Of a stretch of 64,000 nt of DNA, positions 23,321-33,620 are shown one piece after another (position 1 is the stretch's first letter; the number at the start of each line of letters is the position of its first letter). This DNA comes from Carpediemonas membranifera BICM (lineage: Eukaryota; Protista; Fornicata), in the NCBI GenBank assembly GCA_019828565.1, contig JAHDYR010000053.1:904272-968271 (forward strand), in the 5' to 3' direction. The notes beneath the pieces are model-generated. The model searched no databases, was not told the DNA's origin, and saw only the letters and a program-made list of their open reading frames with translations. Both the position numbers and the translations under genes were made by a program.

Positions 23321-25602
23321 ATGAATAAGTACGAACGTATTCGAGTGATCGGGAAAGGATCATTTGGCTCCGCGGTCCTTGTCCGTTCTAAGGTGGATCG
23401 AAAGACTTATGTCGTCAAACTCATCAACGTCGCCCAGCTGAACGCCAAGGAGCGTGCGGATGCCAACAAGGAGGTGAAGATCCTCGGAGACATGAAGCAC
23501 CCCAACATCATTGGCTACCGTGAGTCCTTTCTCGAGAAGAAGGTCCTCCATATCGTAATGGACTATGCTGACGCCGGGGACCTCTACGCAGCCATCCAAC
23601 AGCAGAAGAGGAGGGGCGTGGGGTCCTACTTCTCCGAGGACCAGGTGCTAGATTGGTTTGTCCAAATCTGCCTGGCATTGAAGCACGTTCACGACCGTAA
23701 GATCCTCCACCGAGACCTCAAAACCCAGAACATCTTCCTGACGAAGGGAAACATCGTCAAGCTCGGAGACTTCGGCATTGCCAAGGTCCTGAAGGACACG
23801 ATGGAGTGTGCCCGCACGGCCATCGGCACGCCATACTACCTCAGTCCGGAGATATGCGAGGACAAGCCCTACAACAACAAGTCCGACCTATGGAGCCTCG
23901 GATGCGTGCTATATGGTTCGTTCTCCACTTCAACACAGCTAACCCAGAGCTCTTGACCTTGAAGCACGCCTTTGATGGCCAGAACATGAAAGCCCTCGTC
24001 ACCCGCATCCTGAGGGGCGCATACCCGCCTGTCTCCTCCAGATATTCTAAGGAGCTCCGCGATCTTGTGTCGAGTATGCTGACTAAGAATCCCAGATCAC
24101 GGCCGACGATCAATCAGATCCTGAAGACGACGATCATAAGGCAACGGATCTCTAAGTACCTCTCCCAGGACGAGATCAACGACGAGTTCAGCCACACCGT
24201 GATCCATGCTAACCCGGCCATGCCCGGTCAGCGTATCAGCAAGGTTAACCCCCTCCTAAGGGACTTCGGCATCGCTGAGAACAACCTCGGGATGAAGAGT
24301 GATCGGTCGGCCCCCAACCCTGCTGCCAGACCTCAGCCTGCTGCCGTTCGGCCCCCGCCTAAGATCGTCCGTCCACCAAGCGCCCATGCATTGCCCAGTC
24401 GACAACAGGCGCGCCCATCGTCCGCGGCAGACTGGGTAGAGAAGCGCAAGGCCCAGCTTGACCTCCTCCAACGTGACCGGGATCGTCTCCAGCAAGCCCG
24501 GCCGAGCTCCAGGGCCAGCGAAGGGAAGAAGCCTCAGGCACCTTCTAGGGCAAGTGAGATGCAGGCCAGACTCGAGCGGCTCAAGGTGGAGAAGGAGAGG
24601 ATAGAACACGAGGCGGCCGCACGAAAGGCAGAGCAGATACGTGCCCAGCGAGAGGAGCAGGCCAGAAGGGAGGCAGCGCGGGTCAAGGCCGAGGAACTAG
24701 CCCGCAAGAGGGAGTTCAAGGACCGCATGGAAGCTGCTGAGAGGAACAGAAGGGCTGCAGCACGGCCCAGTGCGTACCAGAGAGAGGTGGCCGCCAGAGA
24801 GGCCGAGGAGAAGAGGAAGGCCGAGGCGAAGGCCCAGGCGGCCCGTGAGAGGGAGATGGAGCGGGCGAGGGCAGCCCAGCAGAAGAAGGAGCGCGAGCAG
24901 CCCGAGACCGACATGAAGCGGGCAGAGCGAATTGCTGCCCGCGACGAGAACAGGAAGCTCATGCGTGATATGATTAAGCGGCAGCAGCAGGAGATGAAGC
25001 GCGACAGGGCCCACTCTATCAACAAGCCGCCCGTGGCCCAGCAGAGGGAGCAGCAGCGTGTGGTCGAGGAACCCGTCGAGGTCCCGCTGAACCCGGCACC
25101 CCGCCAGGAGCCCTCAAACGAAGGGCACGGGCAGGATGAGGCGGCGTACGAGATGACACCTGAGGACGAGGCCGCCCACAACGATGAGAGCGTCCAGGAC
25201 CGCCAGGCGATGGTCCAGGCGATGCTCTCGGCCTTGGATGACGAGGGCGACGGCGAGGACTTCGAAGACGAGCGTGTGAACCCACTAGGTGGCGATGGGA
25301 AGCCACAGGGCGGTCAGTTTGTCATGGACGGCAAGGTTATCAGCGTCGGATCCAGTGACGATAGCCTTTCGTACCGTATCGAAGCATTGAGAGTGTATCT
25401 CGAGGCCGACCTTGGCGCTGATCGATTCTTCGGTGTCTATCAGGAGATGATGTCTCTGACGGAGAATGACGATGATGACGACGCTATTGAGACTCGAATT
25501 AGGGCCATCCTTGGCGACAAGCTGCCCGTTGTCCAGCTCGTGCAGCAGCTGATATACTGCGAGGACCTCATTAACCAGCAGCAGGTGAACGTGTTGGGGT
25601 GA
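23321..25602 (+). CDS. NEK1/3/5-like NIMA kinase (exons 23321-23915, 23948-25602)
   Basis: [29 protein letters not shown]; 32-nt intron 23916-23947 restores [12 protein letters not shown]; coiled coil; C-terminal [10 protein letters not shown]. Confidence 0.95.
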
Positions 25603-26151
25603 GTGGTGAGTGTACTGTAAATCTCTGTGATGGTGAGACTTGGGTGATGGTTGGTGGTCTGGGCGCACCTGGACCTATATATATACTCCAATTTACGTAT
25701 TTAATGGGTTATGTGTACTTTTACTTAAACCCATTTATATATACTTCCCACTTTACATCACAAGAGCGGTATTATCAGTACTGCTGCTCCATCTGTCCAT
25801 CAGTGCTTTATCATGGGTGCTGTGAAGGAATGTGCGATTGATCTTGATTGGTCTGGACTTGACCGTATCTCCAGGCTAATGCCCCCCAATTACCCCCAGG
25901 TGTATCACCGAGCGTTCCACCACAGCTTTGACATTGTTGACTCCGATTGACTTAATCATGTTGGATTGGTTGAACACGTTTCTTCATTTCTTGTATGCAC
26001 CCCTACAAGATCAATCAAGCATACGAGTCAAGTTTTTTCATTTCAGTCAACTTTCGGACTCTTGTTCCCCAGTCAAATTCTTTTTTTCCTTTTTCTGATT
26101 GAGCTAGTCAGGTGACTGGACGAGAACTATAATTTTTCTAATCGCAGTGAG

Positions 26152-26877
26152 ATGCACGGTAACCTTCCGCGCCAGCCTTTGCGTCAACAAAGGTCAGCAA
26201 ATCCGATTTTCACGGTAGACACGAAGATTCGATCATTTTCGAATCAGACGACAAGTTGCGTGAGAAACGCAATGGGAACGAAGGAGAGCATTAGTTCCAT
26301 CAGCAAGAGTTCTGTGGATGCGATTTCTCTTGCTCAATCGTCTTCTTTCCCCACAAGGGACGAATCTGATGAGTTCAGCTGTGATTTCTCTGAGCTTCCT
26401 TCTATCCGAGAGCTATCGATCCACGAGCTTCACACCTTGACTAGGTCCACTCATCAACCAACATTAACAGCGGAATGCTTCTCCATGCTCTCAGAGAACG
26501 ACAGTCCTTCAATGATCGAGCTCGAATCGACGATGGTGGACGCCTCACTCTACGAGATTCCCGAGGACGCCTTCAGCGACAACAGCGAGCGCCTATCCTT
26601 CCACCCAGCTGACGAGGAGGACAACTACGACGTCTACGACTCGGATTCGTCGTCGACTCTACCATCCATTGGTCCCATCGAAATACCACGCCTTACTCTT
26701 AACGACGTGCAGTACAACTGTTCCAGTGCTAGTACGGTATCTATGGCGCCTAGGAAGCGCGAAGGCTTTATTTCTCGCTTCATAAGGGCCATTGCAAACG
26801 TGTTCGCACTTGCTATCTTCAGAATCATCGACTTCGTAGCGCTGAGGCCTGGATTTGACTCCGTTCTCTCTCAATAA
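26152..26877 (+). CDS. Ser/acidic-rich hypothetical protein with C-terminal hydrophobic segment
   Basis: 241-aa ORF, lower GC than neighbours. Confidence 0.55.
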   Translation: MHGNLPRQPLRQQRSANPIFTVDTKIRSFSNQTTSCVRNAMGTKESISSISKSSVDAISLAQSSSFPTRDESDEFSCDFSELPSIRELSIHELHTLTRSTHQPTLTAECFSMLSENDSPSMIELESTMVDASLYEIPEDAFSDNSERLSFHPADEEDNYDVYDSDSSSTLPSIGPIEIPRLTLNDVQYNCSSASTVSMAPRKREGFISRFIRAIANVFALAIFRIIDFVALRPGFDSVLSQ

Positions 26878-27148
26878 CTTCTCTCTTTTGTATTCATAAA
26901 CGCCTGCGCTTAAAATTTTCACTGGCAGACGGTCAATGACGGTCTCGAATCCTCCATGAAAGGATTCTCGACAATTGAGGACCATTGCGTCGTTGTGCCA
27001 CCATAGATCCCAGCTAGCACTACCCAGCGAGGCAATGTGCCTTCCGACTCAGTTTCACTTTAGTGTGTTTTCTCGCGGCAGCGACAAACCACCAGATATC
27101 CATCATCGTATCTACATTATTTACAGTTCATATACATGAGTGAGGACA

Positions 27149-27814
27149 TTAACAGCTAGATACAAGGGTGGGGTTCGTGAGGAGGTAGACACGCTGGTGG
27201 CGGCGAGAGGGGTCGTCGGGGTCGCGGATGATCGGAGCAACGGTGCGGACGAAGTGGCCGATTATGGCGCTCCAGCGGGGCGCGGGGGTTGATGCATGAG
27301 ACGTGGGGGTGTCGAGATTGGCACCGTTGGCGGCAATACGGGCGGAAGCGGGCTGTTCTGCATTAAGGTAAGGCTCCTCCTGCTTCTTGCTGTAGTAGTG
27401 TGTAGCGAGAACCTCGCCATGGGAGTCTTCCAGCTGGTTGATGTGCGCTACACCGACCTGCGCACAGAGTTTCATGCGGATCTTTTGCAGATGGCTTGCC
27501 ACGTGAATTCTCGACAAGCCATTGACGTTCATAAGGCGAAGAATGTACTTCGGCTGAGCGCTGCGAACGCCAAGAGTGAGTAGAATGGTCATGAACCTGT
27601 CCTGAAGCTCTCCTTTCCACTCTATGCGATTCAGGTTGTCTTTCGGGACAGAGTTCCACACAGGGAAGCGAGGAACGGACGCCAGTTGGGCAACAGTCAC
27701 GAGATGCTGTGGATTAGCATTCACAGTGGTTGATGTATTCATTATTGCGGCGTTGCTTTGCATTCTTTCTTCCCAACTCGTACTGGAGGAAGTGAGATCG
27801 ACACATCTCGACAC
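27149..27814 (-). CDS. GARP/SHAQKYF-class Myb-like transcription factor
   Basis: RIEWKGELQDRF...LGVRSAQPKYILRLMNVNGLSRIHVASHLQKIR; start uncertain (ATG may be at ~27763). Confidence 0.88.
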   Translation of the reverse strand: MSRCVDLTSSSTSWEERMQSNAAIMNTSTTVNANPQHLVTVAQLASVPRFPVWNSVPKDNLNRIEWKGELQDRFMTILLTLGVRSAQPKYILRLMNVNGLSRIHVASHLQKIRMKLCAQVGVAHINQLEDSHGEVLATHYYSKKQEEPYLNAEQPASARIAANGANLDTPTSHASTPAPRWSAIIGHFVRTVAPIIRDPDDPSRRHQRVYLLTNPTLVSSC

Positions 27815-28688
27815 ATACTTTCTGACACCGCTCAGATATCACCCTGCCGCCACCCTGATAGCCCCGCTTGCCCCCCCGGAGGGAGTGACATCGTACATTT
27901 CGTCAGAGTCGGCCATTACATCAATTGAATGAGCTGATATCACGCTATTACAGTGTCAGCCGAATCGACAAAGTCTGGCTATTATGCTTTATACTGCATA
28001 GCAAGGTCTCTGACATCAAAATACCCACGATTCCGCTCTCATATCAGCAGTATCCAAATATAGCTTCGCCATAAATCTCGGATTTGAGACGATTGAAAGA
28101 CAAATGTTGACTCACGGAGCCCAACACCAGGAACTGTGGCATGCAGCAGTGGGTGTCTGGCATGATGCTTTACAGCTGGATTTCTGCAGTGTATTGCTAC
28201 AGTGTGCTTTGAGTTCAGACCGAAGCAAGACCGATGTTGACCACATAAATGTGGTAAAATGATGCTGGGACAGACAAAACTACCCGAACATGCTGCGGCG
28301 GGCGGTGCATGGTCTCGGGGAGGGCCAGATGCCGCGGCATCGTCAGCCTGTCTGTGGGAGTGCGAAAGTAACAGGGCAAAAAGCGATGTTAGACCACCAA
28401 GTTCCGACAGAATCCATCATTAAAAGAGGCTGATCGCTCTCGCATCGGCGCAGTCGATATACTTCAAACACTCGTGGTGTACTTCGAAATGACGCATTGT
28501 TTGAAGTTGAGAAACACGTGTAGGACGAATAGAGACAGTAAAAGCATCAATCTACCTGTAATGAAGCTTTCTTAGTCGTAACTTATCAAGGTGCCATCTT
28601 CATCGTTCGAACTGTTCGACGCTGTTCGATGTCGAGATATTTAAGCGCGTTAAACTGGAGCCCAAGAGCGAATGCTATCCGCAATAAT

Positions 28689-31037
28689 TTAGTGCTTCCG
28701 GGCCCGCTTGCCACCGCCCGCCTTCCGGTTGGCCTCGTGGAACTTCCTGCGTTCCTCCTCCCACGCGAGCTTCTTCTCCTTCGCGATTTCTTCCTTCGCG
28801 ATCGTCCGAGACGACTTCATCTGCCTTGCCGCACCCTTACCGGCCACGATCTTAACGCCCTTAGCCTTCGGGGCCTTGGGCTGGCCCTGCCTCATTCTAG
28901 GGGCGACGTACGCGGCCCTGCTGTCTTCTGCCGTGCCAGTCTGGGGCATGGACATCGCACTGTTCTTCTTCCAGCTCTGGTACTGGTTGGACTTCTTATC
29001 GCCGGTAACCCGCACTTTAACGCCAGCATCGTTAGTGATGATGCGGGTGCGGCTCTTGAGGTCGCCCTGCTGGTCCTTGTTGACGTTGACGTACTGCTTG
29101 GACTTCTTGTCCCATCGGGTGACCATGCCCTTCGCCCTGAACGCGCTCATGTCATCCCCGACCATCTCGCTCACCTGTTCGTCGAGGTGCTTCTGTCTCG
29201 TGTCACCCATGTTCGCTCCGATGGCCAGGAACTGCTCGTCCAGCACCCGCTGCCGCTCATACGTTAGGAAACCTGCCTCCACGTACTTGTCTGCTCTGGC
29301 TGCGAGCGAGTCCTTGCCCCCCTCCATGGAGACAGCCACACGGCCCTTCCTCTGCTTCTTGCCGGCACTCCGGAACTTGGCGATCTTGGCGTCGTCTTGC
29401 ATTCTCTTGTCGACCCACATGTCCGCAATCTCTCGCCCGGTGTCGCTCTTGTTGTTGCTCGCACTCAGCTCCATCGCACTCGCTCGGCTCCGGTATTTCG
29501 ACACTGCCTGAAGGAACTCGTGCCGCTTCACGTCGCCGTCGCTGGATACGAGCAGCGGGTGGACCTGCGCGACATCCACCTCGGATGCTCCCTCCTTGCC
29601 GGGCCGAGAGGCGCCATCTCTTTTGCGGCAGTAGGCCAAGAAAGCCTTCCCGGCATCCTCCATAAGCTTGGCGAGCTCCGCATCCTCCATCGCAATCTTG
29701 ACCTGAGATCCGACCGTATCTATCAGATATTGTGGTATCACGCCAAGCGGTCCGATCTGACCAGATCTAGTGGGTCCAGGGATCGGGATCCCGAGGAAAC
29801 GGTGGACGTCGACGAGGTAGGGCAGGTCAGCGTGCTCTACAAGTGACCAGGCGACACCGGGTCGACCAGCCCTGGCGACACGGCCCGTGCGGTGCACGAA
29901 GAGCTTGCTGCTGTAGGGGAAGTCGTAGTTGATGACCATGTTCAAATGGGGGATGTCGAGGCCTCGGGCCGCGGCGTCCGTGGCGACGAGGATGTCGTGT
30001 ACACCACTGCGGAAGCCGGCCATGATGTCCCGGCGGGCAGAGACGTCGAGGGCGTTATAAATGGCCTTCGCCTTGTGCCCCATGCGGTTGAGCAGGCCCA
30101 TGATGAACTCGCAGTGGTGCCGCGAGCAGCAGAAGATGAGCAGCTTGCCGCCCTTCCACTGCGACGTCAGCAACTGGCACAGGGCCGCGGGCTTATCGTC
30201 GGATCGCGTGTAGACGTTCTCGATGGTCAGCGTGCTGCTCAGCTTCTCCTCATCAGCCAGACGGACGTGCTCTGCGTCCCTCAACTTGGCAGCCCTAAAC
30301 TGCACCAAGGACTCAGGCAGCGTGGCAGAGACGAGGACCCGCTGGGCCGACTCGGGCACCTGGTCGATGGTGGTGGTCACCGCCTCGAGGTGCTGGGGCG
30401 AGAGAAGCTCGTCTGCCTCATCTAGCACCAGGAACTGCAGGCGAGAGAGGTTGAGACTGTCGCCGCCAGCCTTGATCTGCGTGATGATGTCCGCCAGACG
30501 CTTGGGGGTAGAAACTAGGATGTCTGGTGCTGGAGAAGAAGCCAGTCGAAGGAACTGCTCTTCAATCTTCGCATTTCCGTGGATCCCGAAGACGGACAGG
30601 GCCGGCTTGCGGCACTTGGCGAGCTTGAGGGCGACACCGACTGTCTGGGAAACGAGGTCGATGGTAGGTACGAGAATGATAGCTCTAGGGCCGAACACCT
30701 GGGCGTGGTCGCCAAGCTTGGCGATGATTGGGATGAGGAAGGACGCCGTCTTGCCAGAACCCGTGCGGGATTTGATCAGCGCGTCGTTCCCGTTCATGAT
30801 GGTCGGAATAGCCTTGCGCTGAATGGGACTGGGCAGTTGGAAGCCGAGCTTGTTGATAATGGCCTGGACAAGGTCTTCATCAAGCCCCTCGAAGCAGAAG
30901 AAGCCATGAGTGCGGCGTTTCTTCTTCTTCTCCTCGGTGCCGGTCTTTTCAGACGGATCCTCAGGGAAATGCACTAGATCACATTCCTCACCACCTGAAA
31001 AGTGCACAAGATCCTCTAGATCGTCGTATTCAACCAT
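28689..31037 (-). CDS. DDX54: DEAD-box RNA helicase DDX54/DBP10
   Basis: PSPIQRKAIP, SRTGSGKT, LDEAD, SAT, HRTGRVARAG; DBP10 C-terminal RWDKKSKQYV and YQSWKK. Confidence 0.9.
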   Translation of the reverse strand: MVEYDDLEDLVHFSGGEECDLVHFPEDPSEKTGTEEKKKKRRTHGFFCFEGLDEDLVQAIINKLGFQLPSPIQRKAIPTIMNGNDALIKSRTGSGKTASFLIPIIAKLGDHAQVFGPRAIILVPTIDLVSQTVGVALKLAKCRKPALSVFGIHGNAKIEEQFLRLASSPAPDILVSTPKRLADIITQIKAGGDSLNLSRLQFLVLDEADELLSPQHLEAVTTTIDQVPESAQRVLVSATLPESLVQFRAAKLRDAEHVRLADEEKLSSTLTIENVYTRSDDKPAALCQLLTSQWKGGKLLIFCCSRHHCEFIMGLLNRMGHKAKAIYNALDVSARRDIMAGFRSGVHDILVATDAAARGLDIPHLNMVINYDFPYSSKLFVHRTGRVARAGRPGVAWSLVEHADLPYLVDVHRFLGIPIPGPTRSGQIGPLGVIPQYLIDTVGSQVKIAMEDAELAKLMEDAGKAFLAYCRKRDGASRPGKEGASEVDVAQVHPLLVSSDGDVKRHEFLQAVSKYRSRASAMELSASNNKSDTGREIADMWVDKRMQDDAKIAKFRSAGKKQRKGRVAVSMEGGKDSLAARADKYVEAGFLTYERQRVLDEQFLAIGANMGDTRQKHLDEQVSEMVGDDMSAFRAKGMVTRWDKKSKQYVNVNKDQQGDLKSRTRIITNDAGVKVRVTGDKKSNQYQSWKKNSAMSMPQTGTAEDSRAAYVAPRMRQGQPKAPKAKGVKIVAGKGAARQMKSSRTIAKEEIAKEKKLAWEEERRKFHEANRKAGGGKRARKH

Positions 31038-31202
31038 GAAGCGCACGATCTCGGGCAGGATAAGCACAAATTGTATGTGCTATTGAAGGGTCTCCCCCCA
31101 GAAACGATGTGTCTTGCCACGTCGCCGTCATCGCTTTAACAGTCATCATCTCATCGTATGAAGCACTTGAGTGACTCAGTGAAGTCATAAGGAGTAAATC
31201 TA

Positions 31203-31236
31203 TGTGCTGCGCAGGATTAGAATTGTTAAGTCCAAA
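31203..31236. repeat. 34-bp direct repeat, copy 1
   Basis: tgtgctgcgcaggattagaattgttaagtccaaa; 32/34 identical to 33587-33620. Confidence 0.95.
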
Positions 31237-31345
31237 GCAGAAGTGATCCAAGCAGCATCAGGATCGCAGTGTGGTTCATCATACTCTATCAATCGTGCGC
31301 TGCATATCACGCGCGCTGCAGCGCGTGCTTGCTCAACTTAGCAAG
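31203..31345 (-). ncRNA. candidate Fanzor omega-RNA
   Basis: Lies directly 3' of the Fanzor stop. Stems: cttgct/agcaag (31328-31345), cacgcgc/gcgcgtg (31308-31327), gatcc/ggatc (31245-31265). Confidence 0.5.
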
Positions 31346-33226
31346 TTAATGATAGCGAGGAAGAGCACCTCTCTGGGAGTCGTAGTGGAAAGGAGATTGC
31401 TCTATCTGATCTGAAGTTGCATCGTAGGTGCACCAAAGGATGTTCTCGCTGGCGCTCTTATCTCGGTGAGAGAGATTGAGAAGTATGTCTCTCTGCTCGG
31501 GATGCCGACGTAGCCGTTCAACGCGCCATGGAGCTCCCTCGCACGCGGGATTCTGGCAGAGCATGGTGCGGTGTGTGTGCACCACACGTCTGAAGTGTGC
31601 TTTGCAGTATGGGCACACGATGGAAGTGCGGAATTCCGAGACCATGTCGACACTCACGACGACGTTGTGCCGGAGCATGATGCCAGGAAGAGCTTGAGCA
31701 AAGTGTCGGTACGGAGCACAGGAGGGAGTGCCGGCGGAACCGAACAGTGCAGCCCCATACGCGACTTCGAGGTGATTGGGCTCCGGGGGGCGCCCGCCGA
31801 GATCATCCAGGAGTTGACGTCCAGCCCGGGCGAAGTGCTTCAGGCGCAGACAGTGATTGGCAAAAACTCGCACGGCGGAAACACTTTCTCGTCCCCTCGT
31901 TGATGATCTGAACGATGTTCTCATGGACAAACCTAATCGACTGTTTGAGAGCCTCTAGACTTGTCGTTTTGAACGATGCTGCGCTCATATTCATGCGGAA
32001 AGAGAGGGTGGCAGTGTAGCCACACTTAGCGAGAACGCCAGATACACTCTGCCCGTCTGGGCGGCGGATCGTGTAGCCGCCCAGCGACCGAGCACCAGGG
32101 TCGAAGCCCATGAGAGCTTGAATGTCCGGGGCAGGAGTAGCCTCGGCGTCATCCTGACCGAGCCGAGCCCGCTTGTTATTGCTACCCTTTTTGTACGTGG
32201 GCCGGTCAGCCACCCGACCGCCACTGTATTTCTCGCGACCCACCCAAACCGCCACAGCAACAGAGACCCCGTCAGTCTTCACAGAGAGCACTCTGCGGAG
32301 CTTGGTGATGTCGCCGTGATCACGCTCGTATTCAGCCACCTGCTCGTCGGTCAAATTCTTGGTTGCTGACCAATTCACGTGCACACGCAGGCGCCTCTTC
32401 ATCGCTGGGGTGAGCGCTGTTACTCCGCGCTCGAGGGTCATGAACCCAGGCCTGACCGGTGCCATCGGCACGAACGGAATGAGCTTCGGCTCTGGCAGGG
32501 CATGACTGAGCTCGAGGTTCACGGCACGAGTGAGTGTGACCAGCTTGGTCACTGCAGCACTCATGCGCGTGACGCACGACAGCACGCCGACGAGGGCCTC
32601 GGCCACGGTACCAGTGCGACCCACCCGTTGCCCCTCGGGCAATGCATGTATTTAAGGATGATACCTGTCATGATCGGCGGCTATGGCGGCAACCTCAGTG
32701 TCGAGCTCGCCTAGGGTGTCGAGAAAATCCTGTCGAACACCCGGCTGATCATGGAGGAGCGGACGCACCCGTTCTAATCCAGCACGAAGACGGGTCAGGT
32801 ACCCGGGTGACGCGCGCGAGAGCCAGACCCGGGTGGCTGTGGAGTACTCACCCAACCAGCTCTGAAATGGCGCTGCAATTCCAACGTAGGCTTCCCTGAA
32901 GTCCCGGACGAGTGGGGTTATGTCAGGGTCCCTCCACATCGCCAGGTCGCCAATCCACCTGCACCGATCCGCTGCCTTTGCCTTCGACACCTTTTGCTGA
33001 GCAATACTGACGATCTGCGCGAGGACCTCCTGGTCGAACAGGTTGACCGTCCTCGGTGGGGTCAACGCGTGCGCAGATGCAGAGACGCACGCAAGCAGGC
33101 AAGTGAATGTGTACTTAGCCTGCGTGAAAGAATGCATGCTGGGTTCAAGATTTCCTCGCCTCCGCCGTTAATCTCGCCAATGGCCTTGTTAACGGAAGCC
33201 TTCACCGTGTTTATCTTGGAAGGCAT
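31346..33226 (-). pseudogene. Fanzor1-like (TnpB-related) RuvC nuclease with 2 frameshifts and 1 in-frame stop
   Basis: Pieces: MPSKINTVKASVNKAI (ATG 33226); ORF 33137-32652; ORF 32642-31803 (IPFVP..PGFMTL, VKTDGVSV, RuvC-I GFDPG, SFKTTS); ORF 31930-31346 (AYGAALF, RuvC-II VSEFRTSIVCPYC, CQNPAC, RuvC-III HRDKSASENI). Confidence 0.88.
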
Positions 33227-33375
33227 TGGAGTCTATTGAGCTGCATGCATCGATCATTTCTTTTCGGGGTTCATCAGCTAGCAGCATCCCTCAAAACACA
33301 AGAAACCAGCATCATACAGCACAAAGCGTCTTTACTACCAGCTACAACCGCTTTCCACCACTAGTGTCTCTCACA

Positions 33376-33560
33376 ACAGACGAAGATGACGAAGACGACG
33401 ACGACATGAGCTTCAGACGCCGGCAATGGACGACAGATGAGCGCGTAACAGACGAGCACAGACGCGAAAGAAGACAGCAGCGTTAACGATGGACGACAGA
33501 CGACGCATCTTTTCGTGCAGACCGACGACTGAAAGCACGAAAGCCCGATGGTACAGACGA
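33376..33560. repeat. array of short (A)CAGACG direct repeats upstream of Fanzor
   Basis: acagacg at 33376, 33448, 33458, 33496, 33553; tcagacg at 33413; atggacgacaga(t/c)ga at 33426 and 33489. Confidence 0.7.
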
Positions 33561-33586
33561 GGGCTGAAGTGGGTGAGTGGAGGTAG

Positions 33587-33620
33587 TGTGCTGCGCAGGA
33601 TTAGAATTGTTGAGTCTAAA
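33587..33620. repeat. 34-bp direct repeat, copy 2
   Basis: tgtgctgcgcaggattagaattgttgagtctaaa. Confidence 0.95.

Larger units (their letters stand above)
31203..33620 (-). mobile_element. non-autonomous Fanzor-carrying element (boundaries inferred from the 34-bp direct repeats)
   Basis: Disrupted Fanzor ORF bracketed by near-identical repeats at 31203-31236 and 33587-33620; no transposase seen. Confidence 0.7.

Noticed and set aside
28629-30977. Many long antisense and alternate-frame ORFs here and throughout the window
   Set aside because: Shadows of GC3-rich real genes; no motifs
32634-32664. GT...AG 31-nt segment spanning the Fanzor in-frame stop, as a possible intron
   Set aside because: Lacks the GTNNGT donor and branch motif; removing it shifts the frame into a stop
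31203-33620. CRISPR array interpretation of the 34-bp repeats
   Set aside because: Only two copies 2.35 kb apart, in a eukaryotic context
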